Positions 12,616 to 24,399 of a stretch of DNA of 64,000 nucleotides are shown here, in pieces. The stretch lies in contig OZ316894.1 in assembly GCA_973895155.1 (NCBI GenBank), positions 13,184,828-13,248,827 of the forward strand, written 5' to 3'. The position numbers and the translations under genes are program-made. Positions within the stretch are counted from its first letter, which is position 1. Every line of letters starts with the position of its first letter. The notes beneath the pieces are model-generated. The model saw only the letters and a program-made list of their open reading frames with translations, was not told where the DNA came from and ran no database searches. The stretch is from Marsupella aquatica. Lineage: Eukaryota; Plantae; Marchantiophyta.

Positions 12616-13855
12616 AATTGAGTAAAGAAAATGGGAGCTCAATGATGTTTGTGTATCGTGGGAGGAAATTTGAGAGAAGAGTAGAGTGCTAAAGGGTGAA
12701 GAAATTGGAGTGTGTTGGACAAAGATTGAAATTGGGGCAGAAGACATGAATATATCTCAGTTCTGAACAAGGGCACAATACGCACATCGTTGTGGTTACT
12801 GGAGAAAATTTTGAATATGCTTAGCTCAAGGATGAAGAATGATTTGTGGAGTGAAATTTTTGGGAAAAAATGAAGCAAGCGAGTTGAAGGTGGAGGCTGA
12901 GGCACGGGATGAAGGTTCAGGCAAAGAAAGTATAAAATAAAGGTCGAAGAGGAAATTCAAACAACTTTGTGGTAGTTGTTGAGATTTTTTGGAAAGGAAA
13001 AAGGGCAAAAGAACAAAGACTGGGTGAAATGGAAAATCCAGAGGAGAAAAGGATGTATCGACTGAATTCAAAGAAAAACTTTTGGCTGGTTAACATTGAG
13101 ATGGAATGAAAGAAGAGGTCCGGGAAAGGAGAGGAGAAATTGGACCTGGGCTGCTGGTTACAAATGGCGGAGGTAAGAGAAGCCTTCTGAACGGGAATGA
13201 TCAACACTCGTCGAGGAGCTTCCAAGGGAAAGAAGTCATCGGAAGCATTTGAAGGGCGAGGGAAGGCAAAGGCTTACGGCTAATATGGTGAAAAGGCGAT
13301 TGGGGTCATTCTTAACTTGACTGTGTTCAAAGAAGCGAAGGGCGGCGGTGATAAGAGAATTCTTGGGAGTACCTGGGAAGAAAAGGAAGTGTGCTTAGAT
13401 CGGAGGGAGGAGTTTTGAATGGCAAGACAAAAGCATAGATCGGGCAAAGGAATTCAAATGCTGACATTAAACTGATGAGACAAGAAAAGAAACGTTTGAA
13501 TGTAAAAAAGAGGAATGCCAGTTAAGTTGACCAGGAATTCAAGGAAGAAAGAGACAACAATTAAAGTTCAGGGAAAAATGGACAGAAACGGCTGATCGTG
13601 TGTGTGAGAGAGAAGATTCGTAAGATTAAGAGGCGTTTGGAGGCGGAGGAAAAGCTACATGTGCAAAAGGGGGAAATATGGTGATCTTATGACTGAAGGT
13701 AGCAATGGAGAAGTTTGAGTGTTGGATAATCAAAGAGAATGGAGTTTTGAGAAGCTGAGCTGACAAGAAAGACAAAAAATTGATCATGAAAAAGGCTATG
13801 ATGTGCTGTGAAGAGGAGAAACAGACCTTATTGGGATGCTTAAGAATGTTAAATT

Positions 13856-16453
13856 TGTTATAACCCCTAGGTTAGGTCTACCCAAAGGTTAGGACTAAGG
13901 CGGTTACACAACCAACCACCTTAGCAACCTCCTATGTATATGAAGGGATATGAATAAAGGAGTATGGATTATTGTGATGTTGAACACGTTATCAGCACAA
14001 AGGTGCTCATCAATTTTTTTCCATGGGGACATTGATTCGGGAGAGCATCAATTTGTTGGAAGGTTGTAGGCGGATCCATGGAGATCTTAGCAGCACTCAA
14101 ATCAAAAACACCAGAGGTCTGTGAACCATAGATAGTAATTCTACACCAGATTTCATCGAGACAAAAAGGTGAAATCAGGTATAATCAATCCTCATTCTTG
14201 CATCATTCCATTGCTGCAATCTTACATTCATTCTCCAAAACCTTTAAGGATAAATTTCCTACATTGATTCCAGGCAGACAACACTACCAATAGTTAAACA
14301 TCACTAGACATAACTGAGTAGTGAAGGCCCGCTTCAAATTACAACGTCCCAACGCAAACTCCACTTGGGGCACAATGACCACTAACACTATAGAGAAGCT
14401 CTATTTCCAAGCATTATGCATTGACGACTCTAATTTCTTGTCTTGGACACTAGATGTCGAGGCCCACCTCGCATCTAAGAACCTCAAGGACACAATCTTG
14501 ACAGACAATGGCCCCACGCTACAGGAAAAGGCTAAGGCTCTAATCCTGATCTGCAACCACCTCGCCGATTCTTTGAAACGCCATTATATGAATGCATATA
14601 ATCCTAGAGTACTTTGGGCGAGCTACACGCCAAATTTGATCATACCCGCACCATTTTCCTCCCTGCAGCGTGGAACGATTGGATTAACCTCCATGTACAA
14701 GATTACAAGACGATTGTAGAATATAACAGCAAATTGTTTCGCATTGTTTCGCAATTAGCAATATGCGGCCACCCGGTTAACAAAGAAGAACAAATTGAGA
14801 AGGACCCCTCGACCTTTCACTCAACAAATCTGGTAATCTCCACCCAATACCAAAATATGAGATTCACAACATATTTAGAGTTAATCGCACATATGTTGTT
14901 AGCAGAAAAATACCAAATCTTGCTGCTGCAAAATACAAAACAATGACCACCCGACACTCTACCTCCACAAGCAAATCCTGAAACCCACTTCAACACAAGG
15001 ATTTAACAACTCATTCGGAGGGAGAGGGGATAATAGAGGACGACAAATCTATTGCGGACGTGGATACTCCTCCCAACGTGGAGGAAGAAGCTCATACCGT
15101 GGAGGAAGAGGCCGAGGGAGATCACAACCAAGCAGGTTCCGGAATAGCTGGACCAGAAACAACAACAATCCAGATAAGTTCAAGAACCCACCAATTTGTC
15201 ACAGGTGTGGGACTAAAGGACATATTAAGAGAGCATGTTGAGCCCCAGCACATCTTGTTGCATTATACCAGAAAAATCAAAACAACTTAGAATATGAAAC
15301 ACATGGAGCATTTTTAGAAACCCCAGAAATATTACCTGAATTGCACCTGGCTTTCAATCAAACATGTCTAAAGCTTTGGATGACCCAAACTGCTGCATAC
15401 TAGATAGCAGAACTTCTCATTTGATATTGAGGATCAAAGCTTACTTTAAATACATAATCCCATCCCAAAGAAGAGTGACAACAATTATGGGACACCACCA
15501 GCTGGAAGGGAACAGCCCAGCAAAATTAATGTTGCCCAAGGGCACAATTATCCACATTCAGTCCGTCATTTATGCTCCAAGGGCCACACGAAATCTCCTG
15601 AGTTTCAAGGACATTTGCGAGAATGGCCTGCACATTCACACAAGTATACATGAAACCCAAGAGGTGCTACACATCCTAGCCCAGACCCAGACAAGCATGG
15701 AGATCAAAGAAACCCTTGTAGCTTTCCCACTGGGATTTTATGCTGTCAAAATACATACCTTTCACATAGACAGCTCTCGACCGACCCTCACCGAGATCTG
15801 GCACCGTCGATTGGGTCACCTTGGCACACAGACTTTCCACAAAATTATTAAAGATACACAGGCTAGGGCATCCCAAATACTGTACACCCAACTTCAATAA
15901 AATCCCCCTGTTTAGCCTGCTCACAAGGAAAACTTACAATCAGACCATCACCCTCCACAACTGATAAACAAATATCCCAATTCCTTGAGCGTATCCATGT
16001 GGACGTTTGTGGCCCCGTAGACCCTCCCAACGGCCCCTTCCGATTCTTCTTAGCAACAATCGATGCATCATCCAAGTGGTCCCAAGTTTCCCTCCTCTCC
16101 ACACAAAACTTGGTATTCTCACGACTATTAGCACATATCCTACGTCTGAAAGCCCAGTTCCCTGACCACCCCATCAAAATAATTAGAGTGGACAACGCGG
16201 GAGAATTTACATCAAAAACATTCGATGACTTCTGCGTAGCATGCGTAGCAGCGGGGATAGAGGTTGAATACCCAGTAGCTAGCCTATGTCCATTTTCAAA
16301 ATAGCTGAATCCTTGATTAAACGACTGCAATCCCCTAGGTTAGGTCTACCCAAAGGTTAGGACTAAGGCGGTTACACAACCAACCACCTTAGCAACCTCC
16401 TATGTATATGAAGGATATGAATAAAGGAGTATGGATTATTGTGATGTTGAACA
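13856..16453 (+). mobile_element. Internally deleted Copia element, Bianca-like
   Basis: Near-identical ~130-bp LTRs (13856-13986, 16332-16453); CGTTATCAGCAC primer site; gag NFLSWTLDVEAHL..KAKALILI; protease CILDS; integrase FLERIHVDVCGP...IRVDNAGEF. AATT flanks both ends; RT and RNase H are deleted. Confidence 0.9.
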
Positions 16454-17360
16454 AATTGAGATTATTCAGGAAGAAAGAAGTGAGACAATTGAGGCCAGGA
16501 ACAATGGTTTAATTTATTTGTCTTGGACCAAGAAGAAAGAGTAGCTTTTTCATGAAAATAATCAGGAAGTTCCGAGTGGAAGTATGGGTCACTTCTGTTT
16601 TTTTACATTTGAAGTTTTGGAGATTTGAGGGAAGCTACAAATTTATTTATGTTACATTCTTTTACTAAGTGGAATCCAGTAATTGGTTCGGTATTTAAAT
16701 TAGGAATTGTCCGCTGTTGTCTCACTTAGAGGGGACTAGAAAAAGGAAAGTTGATAAAGAGGATTTTGGAGATGTGGTTCTTGAAGATTCTGGCCGTAGA
16801 TTCTTCTTGTTGTGGGATTGGAAATTGAGAAGAGGGAAAAGGAAGGGCCAGAAAAAGAAGCTTGAGAAATGAAAAAGAAAAACAAAGACAAGAGGGAGGC
16901 ATGATGACGAATGAAGCTTTGCAACGAGTGTCAAGGCATGACTATCGACGACTGACCTGACCTGACCTAATGACCTGAATTGGATTAGCATGGAAACCCA
17001 AGCTAGAGAACGGGCAACCAAAGAAAACTCTTTGTAACTTCAAACCAAAACTTTTTTTCTTAAACAAAAGAAACATTAAGAAGTTTGGACTACTTTTTCC
17101 GTGGAAATGATGAGTTGTAGATGGATGAAAAAGATGTATGAGCAAATTTATGAATGCAGTGGTTGAGTTGTGAATGAATGAAAGCGATGATTTAAAGTTT
17201 TTTATATGAATGGATTAGTGTAATTTGGCCTTGGAAATAAGAACTGAAAAGGATTAAATAGAGTTTAAATAACTTATGAAAACTAAGATAAAAGAGTCTA
17301 GTCCCTAAAAACACAGAAAGTTAAATTTCATACGGCTTTAAACTGGTCCCCGGACATAAG

Positions 17361-17378
17361 TGGCGACCATATTGGGGA
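17361..17378 (+). promoter_or_regulatory. Primer-binding site, tRNA-Arg-like
   Basis: TGGCGACCATATTGGGGA resembles the TGGCGACTCCACTGGGGA PBS of non-chromoviral Gypsy elements. Confidence 0.65.
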
Positions 17379-17590
17379 ATCCACGGATCATTAGTTTTAG
17401 GGACATGCGATTAGTGTATGGGAAAGCCATTAAAACCTGTTGATTGTGAAGAGAATAGCGACCCGAGGGTGATGAAACTAGATAGGGAAAATGAGAATAG
17501 AGCACAAAATAGAGAAGTGCAAGGGGAGAAACAAGTGAGGGCCATAGGTTCGTTTAGGATTGAGAGCTTGAGGGAGGCGAGCATAAGGGC

Positions 17591-17615
17591 AGGGTTTAGG
17601 GTTTAGGGTTTAGGG
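17591..17615 (+). repeat. Short interstitial plant telomere-type repeat AGGG(TTTAGGG)3
   Basis: Read directly from the sequence; similar tracts occur at ~17985-18022, ~18070-18083 and ~45445-45462. Confidence 0.85.
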
Positions 17616-17754
17616 AATTAGTAATAAGAATAGATAATTAGGGTTGACTAAGATGAATGATTGATTGATTGACTGATTGAGGGTGAGCTAGGGTCTTAAC
17701 CTCTTGAGGGGCAGTTTGACAGTAGCAGCTCAAGGAGCTGAGAGGCTGATCAGC

Positions 17755-18207
17755 GAGTATAGCGACGGAGACAGGAAACAGGTAAATAGGAATCTTTTTT
17801 CCTGTTTTTAATGTGTTGTTACCAGGAAAAATCACTGTTACCAGGAAAAATGACAATTTAAAAATGTCTCCTAAAACATGTTATTTCCAAAAAAAATTAA
17901 CAATGCAACATTTTTGGTTAGCTTTGGGCGCTAGTATTAGCAGCGCCGGGCGCTAGCAAAAAAACTGGTTGACCGAAAAAAAACTAAACCCTAGACCCTA
18001 AAACCCTAAACCCTAAACCCTACAAAACATGTTAAAACTAAAAATGTCTCCTAAAACATGTTAAAACTAAACCCTAAACCCTAAAAAAAATTCAAAAAAA
18101 AATTCAAAAATAATTTCCACCCATTTTCCTGTCACCAGTTTTTTTTCCTGTTACCAGTTTCTGTTATTAAATCTTGTTTCCTGTTTGCTGTCTTTTGTAA
18201 ACACCTC
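17755..18207. mobile_element. 453-bp MULE-derived MITE
   Basis: 9-bp TSD CTGATCAGC (17746-17754, 18208-18216); G...C ends; inverted GACAG(G/C)AAACAGG cores; contains the family palindrome at ~17941-17957. Confidence 0.9.
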
Positions 18208-18229
18208 CTGATCAGCTATGGATGGTTGA

Positions 18230-19400
18230 AAACAATTGTCTTGTTGTGACCAAACATTCAAGGGAAGAGGGAGTGAAACCATAGTTTGAGGGTTATCGGC
18301 TTGTGCATGGATTCAGACACGAATCCTACTATAGAGAGTTTTTCTGAAGCTTTTAGAAAAGAGGAGTCTATGGAGGATTGGCTTAACGAGAGAGAGAGAA
18401 GAGACTTGAGCCGCAACAATTACTTCCAGAGTTCACTCGAAGGATGAGCTAGCTCCCATGGCAAGATGTGAGAGTTATTGAGCTCCAAAAGTCAGAGCTA
18501 TTTTTGAGAGCAACAGGGGAGCAGCTTAGAGACAAGTTAGAGAATGCCATGATTTACTAGAACCCACTTGGGCGGAAGGACCAGCGGATTGGAGTCTGGT
18601 TGAGAGAGCAGTAATGAGGGTAAATGAGCGTAGGAGGAGGAGGGAGAATGACATGGAAGCCACAAGAGAGGTGGTAAGGAGGAGGGAAAGTGATAGAGAG
18701 ATCACTAGGGATATAGTTGGGAGGAGGGAAGATACTGAGAGGAGGGTGCAGGCGGAAGGATCGAGCTTAGGGTCGAGTATGACTGACCTGGCTTGAGAAG
18801 ATAGCGGAAGGTATAAGGCTTTTGACCTCCCATGTGATAGAGCAGAGATCTTAGAGGGCCAAAGTTCCGAGGAGACAACCAGCCGAGAGGAGGCCAATTA
18901 CGTTGTGCATGTGGTGTGATTCAAAGGATCACACCATAAATGAGTGTAGAGAATTGACAGAGGCCCTCAGGGAACAATGGGTCCAGTTTGTAGGCAAGCC
19001 AAGGAAGAAGAGACTGGCATACTTTGACGATGGAGAGGGGGTTTCGTTGAACTTTGGGAAGGGAGGGATGAAGGTGCTTGTTGAGAAGCATCGAGGGAAG
19101 GCAAAAGTAGGAGTGATGATGTATGAACCAAGGGTGTATTTAGCTGAACGATATAGGGTAGAGTCGGGTGGTGGTAAGAGGACTAGTTTTGATGAGGTGA
19201 GTGAGAAGAGATATGCTGAGTATTTGCGGAGGGAAACTGGTTGGAAAGCACCGGATTTTGTGAATTCTATTCAGCAAGGGAAGGGTAGTTATGAGGTGAT
19301 AGTAGAGGTAAAACAAAGGGATTCAAGAGAATCATTTAGTGGAAAAGAGGGTGAAAGAGAGAGGGAGAGACAGGAGAGGTTAAGAAAGAAGAACTAGGGT
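18230..19400 (+). pseudogene. Decayed gag of the family C element
   Basis: Lies downstream of the PBS; CCHC knuckle CMWCDSKDHTINEC in ORF 18903-19397; many stops. Confidence 0.6.
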
Positions 19401-20369
19401 TGAGTTCTAGGGTAGAGCAAAAAGGGAGGGGAAAAGTAGGTGGAAAGAAACCAGGATGGGTATTAGGGAGAGAAATTGAATGGGAAGTAGATTTTTTATT
19501 TTTTATTTTAATTTCATTTATTCCGCTTGAACCCCACGGAGAGGGAATTAGCAGGCCCACAGGCAAAAGAAGTCCTCAGAGGGAAAGAAAAATAGAGTAG
19601 ACCAATCACGGGCCAATTTAAGCAGATGAAAGCACACCACCAAAAGCTCACCTAAATGTCCACTACATACTCAAGCAGGGGAGTGACCCCTAAGGTAATC
19701 TCAGGATCCAAGAACTTCTCAGCAAAGCACTGTCATCCAAGAACTGCTCAGCAAAGCACTGTCTACTCCGAAGGTCCATTTCAGCTTCTAACAGTCACTA
19801 TTCTTCTTACTTGTGCCCTTAAAATTACCCTACGTTCTGTTTCTAGGAGCTTCAAAGCTGTATGCAGCCGTTCCTATTTCCTACAAGAGGGGGAGGTAGC
19901 TCCCGCCGACACCGCCGTGATGTGATCCATGCACTCAGAAATGATTTGCATCGGATCAAAAGAGCGGTAGGGTGATAGTTCGAACACTTGTACATTCCGA
20001 GCATTCCACAAGTGCCACAAAACCTGATAAATTATGAAGGCTCTCAATGATAGAAGAGGTGAGCATCCCTGGATGGAGCACAGCAGGTCAACAATACTTG
20101 TAAAGTTTCTGATAAGCTCTCCTCTCATCCATCTCTTCATCTCAGTCCAGACATTGCTAGCATGCTTACATTGCCAAAATAAGTGTGGTAAGGTTTCTAT
20201 CCTAGAGGTGCACATTGTGCAGCATCCATTCGATTTCCCAATTCTCAGGGCCCGAACACCAGAGAATAGCCCTTGAGCAATAATTTGCCATATAAAAATC
20301 TTAGCTCGCGTAGAGAGGTCCGAATACCACAACCCCTTCCACACTGCGCTCCATTCCTGCTCATTCAGT

Positions 20370-23300
20370 GGGGCCTGACCTCCGTGACAGGAAACAGTAA
20401 ACAGGAAAAATCATAACAGGAAAAATCAAGGAAGATAACAGGAGTTTTTGCGCTCACGTTGTCATAATGGGATAAGTTTACTAGCGTCGGGCGCTAGCCA
20501 AAATACAATGGTACGTTTTCATATTAGTTGCAAGGGTTACAATTAGCAAATTACATCACATGTTAGGCAAACAAAATGTGCATGGTTTATTGGAAAATAT
20601 GTAATTTATATTTTTTCAGTGGATACTTAACATTTTGGCAAGGGTTATCATTAACACCCCCTCCCGACGCTAGCCAAAATACCATCATAGTCTTTACATA
20701 GTGACAAGATTTACAATTAATATACAACAAATTCATATGTTTGTTGAACGCTTACAAAAATGCAATATACTTCTCCTATAATCCAAGTGCGTATTTCTTG
20801 TATTTGGCCAAATCTGATCCTCTTTAAATTCTAAGGAGGAGACTTAAAGTGTACATCATCATCAAGTTTATTGAAAGAGTGCTTACGTGAGGGGCACAGT
20901 CTTGGCCAAAAAAATCTTCATTTGGAAGATTTTTTAATCTAATTTCTAATTAAATCAAACCTTCAATATAGGAAATCTCATGGATGTTTTTGTAATTTCT
21001 TGAACATAAATATCAATGTATGGATATAATTTCACATGGGTAACAAAAATTTATGAACCCATGTGACGGATATACACACAAATGGGATCAAATTATAAAA
21101 TCAAGTGTGATTTGAATCTTTATTTCGCAAGAAAATCTGGGACAATATTAATTTGACTAGTGTTTAAATTGTCTTTTTCAAACCACAAACATCATTATAT
21201 TTTTCAAGTTGTTGATTCTATATATGTGGGTTGTTGTTATTTTCATAAAATTTCTTAGAATTACTTCTAAATTATTTTCATAAGAAGGTGATGTGCTTAA
21301 GAAAATGAGAAAAGTTTTGGGCTACAATAGGATTAGAGTTTGACGGTCTCTAGTGACCCCAAAATATCTAGTATAGAACAAGGAAAATATGATAGTAATG
21401 CCATACTCTACTATACAAAATTGGCATAATTTGATGTGTTTAAAGGTCATGAAGATTAAACTATTGGATTAAATCTAGGAATAAATCCCATAATAGCTCC
21501 AGATGCAAAAGAAATTGAGACAAATTGAATATATTTATATGATATAATCCATAATTTAGTACCTAATTGCTATCTCAATAGTCCTAAAATCTTGTGCAGA
21601 ATGTATAATAGCACTAGGCGCTATCATAAATCATATTTATTTGACGTATTGATTGATAAAAGTAATAGGTGCTATCATCAAATGACACATTTATGTGTAA
21701 AAACATCCATCATTTTTTAAAGAAAATTTGGCAGAAGAGTTAATTACAAGAAATAATAAACATAAACCCATACAACAAATTTAATAAAAAAGATACAAAT
21801 GTTACTAGCATCGGGTGCTGGTAATATCCTACTTGGCTTGACCCCTCTAAGAATGATATTATTTTAAGAATTTTTATACAAAAATTGAGCTAAAATTAGT
21901 ATAAAACATTTAAAAATGTTACTAGCGCCGAGAGCTAGTAATATTCAACTCACCAAGACACTCCAAAATGACACTATTTTGAGTGTCTTTATGAGTAAAA
22001 ATTAAGCAAAAAAGGATATAAAAATGAATTAACATTACTAGCGCCGGGAGCTAGTAATGTCACACCCACCTAGACCCTCCAAAATGACACTATTTTGAGT
22101 GTCTTTATGAGTAAAAATTAAGCAAAAAAGAATATAAAAATGAATTAACATTACTAGCACCGGGAGCTAGTAATGTCACACCCACCTAGACCCTCCAAAA
22201 TGACACTATTTTGAGTGTCTTTATGAGTAAAAATTAAGCAAAAAAGGATATAAAAATGAATTAACATTACTAGCGCCGGGAGCTAGTAATGTCACACCCA
22301 CCTAGACCCTCCAAAATGACACTATTTTGAGTGTCTTTATGAGTAAAAATTAAGCAAAAAAGGATATAAAAATGAATTAACATTACTAGCGCCGGGAGCT
22401 AGTAATGTCACACCCACCTAGACCCTCCAAAATGAGAGTATTTTGAGCATGTTACATAAAACAACAGGCAAAAAGGTAATAAAAATGAAGGAATATTGCT
22501 AGCGCCAGGAGCTAGTAATATCACACCAGTTTGGATCCTCCAAAATGACACTATTTTTAGTGTCTTTATGAGAAAAAATTAAGCAATAAAGGCTATAAAA
22601 ATGAAATAACATTACTAGCGCCGGGAGCTAGTAATATCACACCAGTTTCGATCCTCCAAAATGACACTATTTTTAGTGTCTTTATGAGAAAAAATTAAGC
22701 AAAAAAGGCTATAAAAATGAATTAACATTACTAGCGCCGGGAGCTAGTAATATCACACCAGTTTGGATCCTCCAAAATGACACTATTTTTAGTGTCTTTA
22801 TGAAAAAAAATTAAGCAAAAAAGGCTATAAAAATGAATTAACATTACTAGCGCCGGGAGCTAGTAATGTCACACTCGCTTAGTCCCTTTAAAATAACATC
22901 ATATTGAGTATATTTGTGAGAAAAAAATTAGAAAATTGGGCTATAAAAATGAATTAACATTACTAGCGCCGGGAGCTAGTAATGTCACACTCGCTTAGAC
23001 CCTTTAAAATAACATCATATTGAGTATATTTGTGAGAAATTTTTTAGAAAATTGGGCTATAAAAATGAATTAACATTACTAGCGCCAGGAGCTAGTAATG
23101 TCACACTCGCTTAGACCCTTTAAAATAACATCATATTGAGTATATTTATGAGAACAAATTTTGAAAATTGGGCTATAAAAATAAATTAACATTACTAGCG
23201 CCGGGAGCTAGTAATGTCACACTTGCTTGGACCCTCCATAATAGAACCATTTTGAGAAATTTTTAAGAGAAATTTTTCGCAAAAAATGTAGAAAACAAAG

Positions 23301-24399
23301 GAACATTACTAGCGCCAAAAGCTAGTAATGTGACTTTGGCCCAAACCCTCTAGAAAAACATTTTTTTGAGTCTGTGACCTTTAATTATTTACTGATATAC
23401 CACCTATTTCACTAGTAGTATTACCGTTTTATCTCTTGTGTTTGCTATTGTTGTTAAATGCACCAAAGGATATTTTAGAAGGTCATGTAATTTTGCAAGT
23501 AATAAAAAAATATCTATGTAAATGAGACCTCACCAAAGAGGACTTTTTGTTGGCATTGAGTGCTACTATGGTAATATGAACAAAAATGACTATAGCCTAA
23601 AGGATATATTTTGATAAGCGCCAGGCGCTGCTATAAATTTTGGTCAAAAGCAATGGCTCTAATTATCAAATTTATTATAGTAGTTTGTGGTGCTACTATA
23701 TTATATCATCATTTGTAATGTTTTAATGGCTATATTATCACTAATATTATCCAATGTCACGGCTGCTGACCTTGTTACTAGCAAAAAAGAACATAGCATC
23801 CTCTAATGGTCTAAGGCGGTTCAATCAAAATTTACAATATGTCAAACTCTTCATCATTGGTTAGAGCATTCAATGACCAGAGTGTATTGCATTTGATAGC
23901 AAGAGTATATCTTTTTGCTCACATCACTCTACGTGAGGATGTTAACCTTTGATCAATCCACACATTTACAATCTTCTAGGTAGTACTTTGGAAGATGCAT
24001 GGAACCCTTGATATGATGTGCTCTTTTATCGATAGTTTGTCACTACTAGACGTCCAAATCAAAGTATGATTCAATATAATTTAAGTTAGTTTGAGCATGA
24101 TAATTAGGGTGTCTAAAGGGGAATAAACTTTTGTGTTATAATCTTTATATAGTTTTGACGTCGTGCACGATAATTTTGAGCCTTCATGTGTAGAAAATCT
24201 TTGGCGCTAGTAAAGATTTATGTCTATAATAATTGTATCTGTTACATATATTACAGTTGCTCAGTTCAAATTGTAGTGTAATTTTGGTCCCTAAAGTGGG
24301 AATTTTCTTTCGGCATTGCGCACAAAACTCCTGTTATCTTTGACCATTTTTACTGTTATGATAATTCCTGTTTACTGTTTCCTGTCACGGGGAAAAACC
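20370..24399. mobile_element. Non-autonomous MULE (4030 bp, AT-rich)
   Basis: 9-bp TSD TCATTCAGT (20361-20369, 24400-24408); subterminal inverted repeat CCGTGACAGGAAACAGTAAACAGGAA; removing it restores the LINE frame (IVTLNEQEWSAVWK). Confidence 0.93.
21800..23400. repeat. Tandem array of ~14 units of 116 bp, each with the imperfect palindrome ACATTACTAGC-GCCGGGA-GCTAGTAATGT
   Basis: Motif starts at 22032, 22148, 22264, 22380, 22493, 22609, 22725, 22841, 22957, 23073, 23189 and 23303, plus degenerate units at ~21800 and ~21916. Confidence 0.95.

Larger units (their letters stand above)
10540..17356 (+). mobile_element. Long 5' LTR of a third (family C) Gypsy-like element, ~2.7 kb after removing two nested inserts
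   Basis: Starts TGTTGTCGGG exactly where the Copia integrase breaks, ends CCCGGACA, and is followed 4 nt later by a PBS-like sequence. Confidence 0.65.

Noticed and set aside
17591-18083. TTTAGGG repeats as a chromosome end or fusion site
   Set aside because: There are only 2-4 units per tract, embedded in transposon sequence.
21800-23400. Regularly spaced palindromes resembling a CRISPR array
   Set aside because: The intervening sequences are near-identical copies rather than unique spacers, there are no cas genes, and the context is a eukaryotic transposon.
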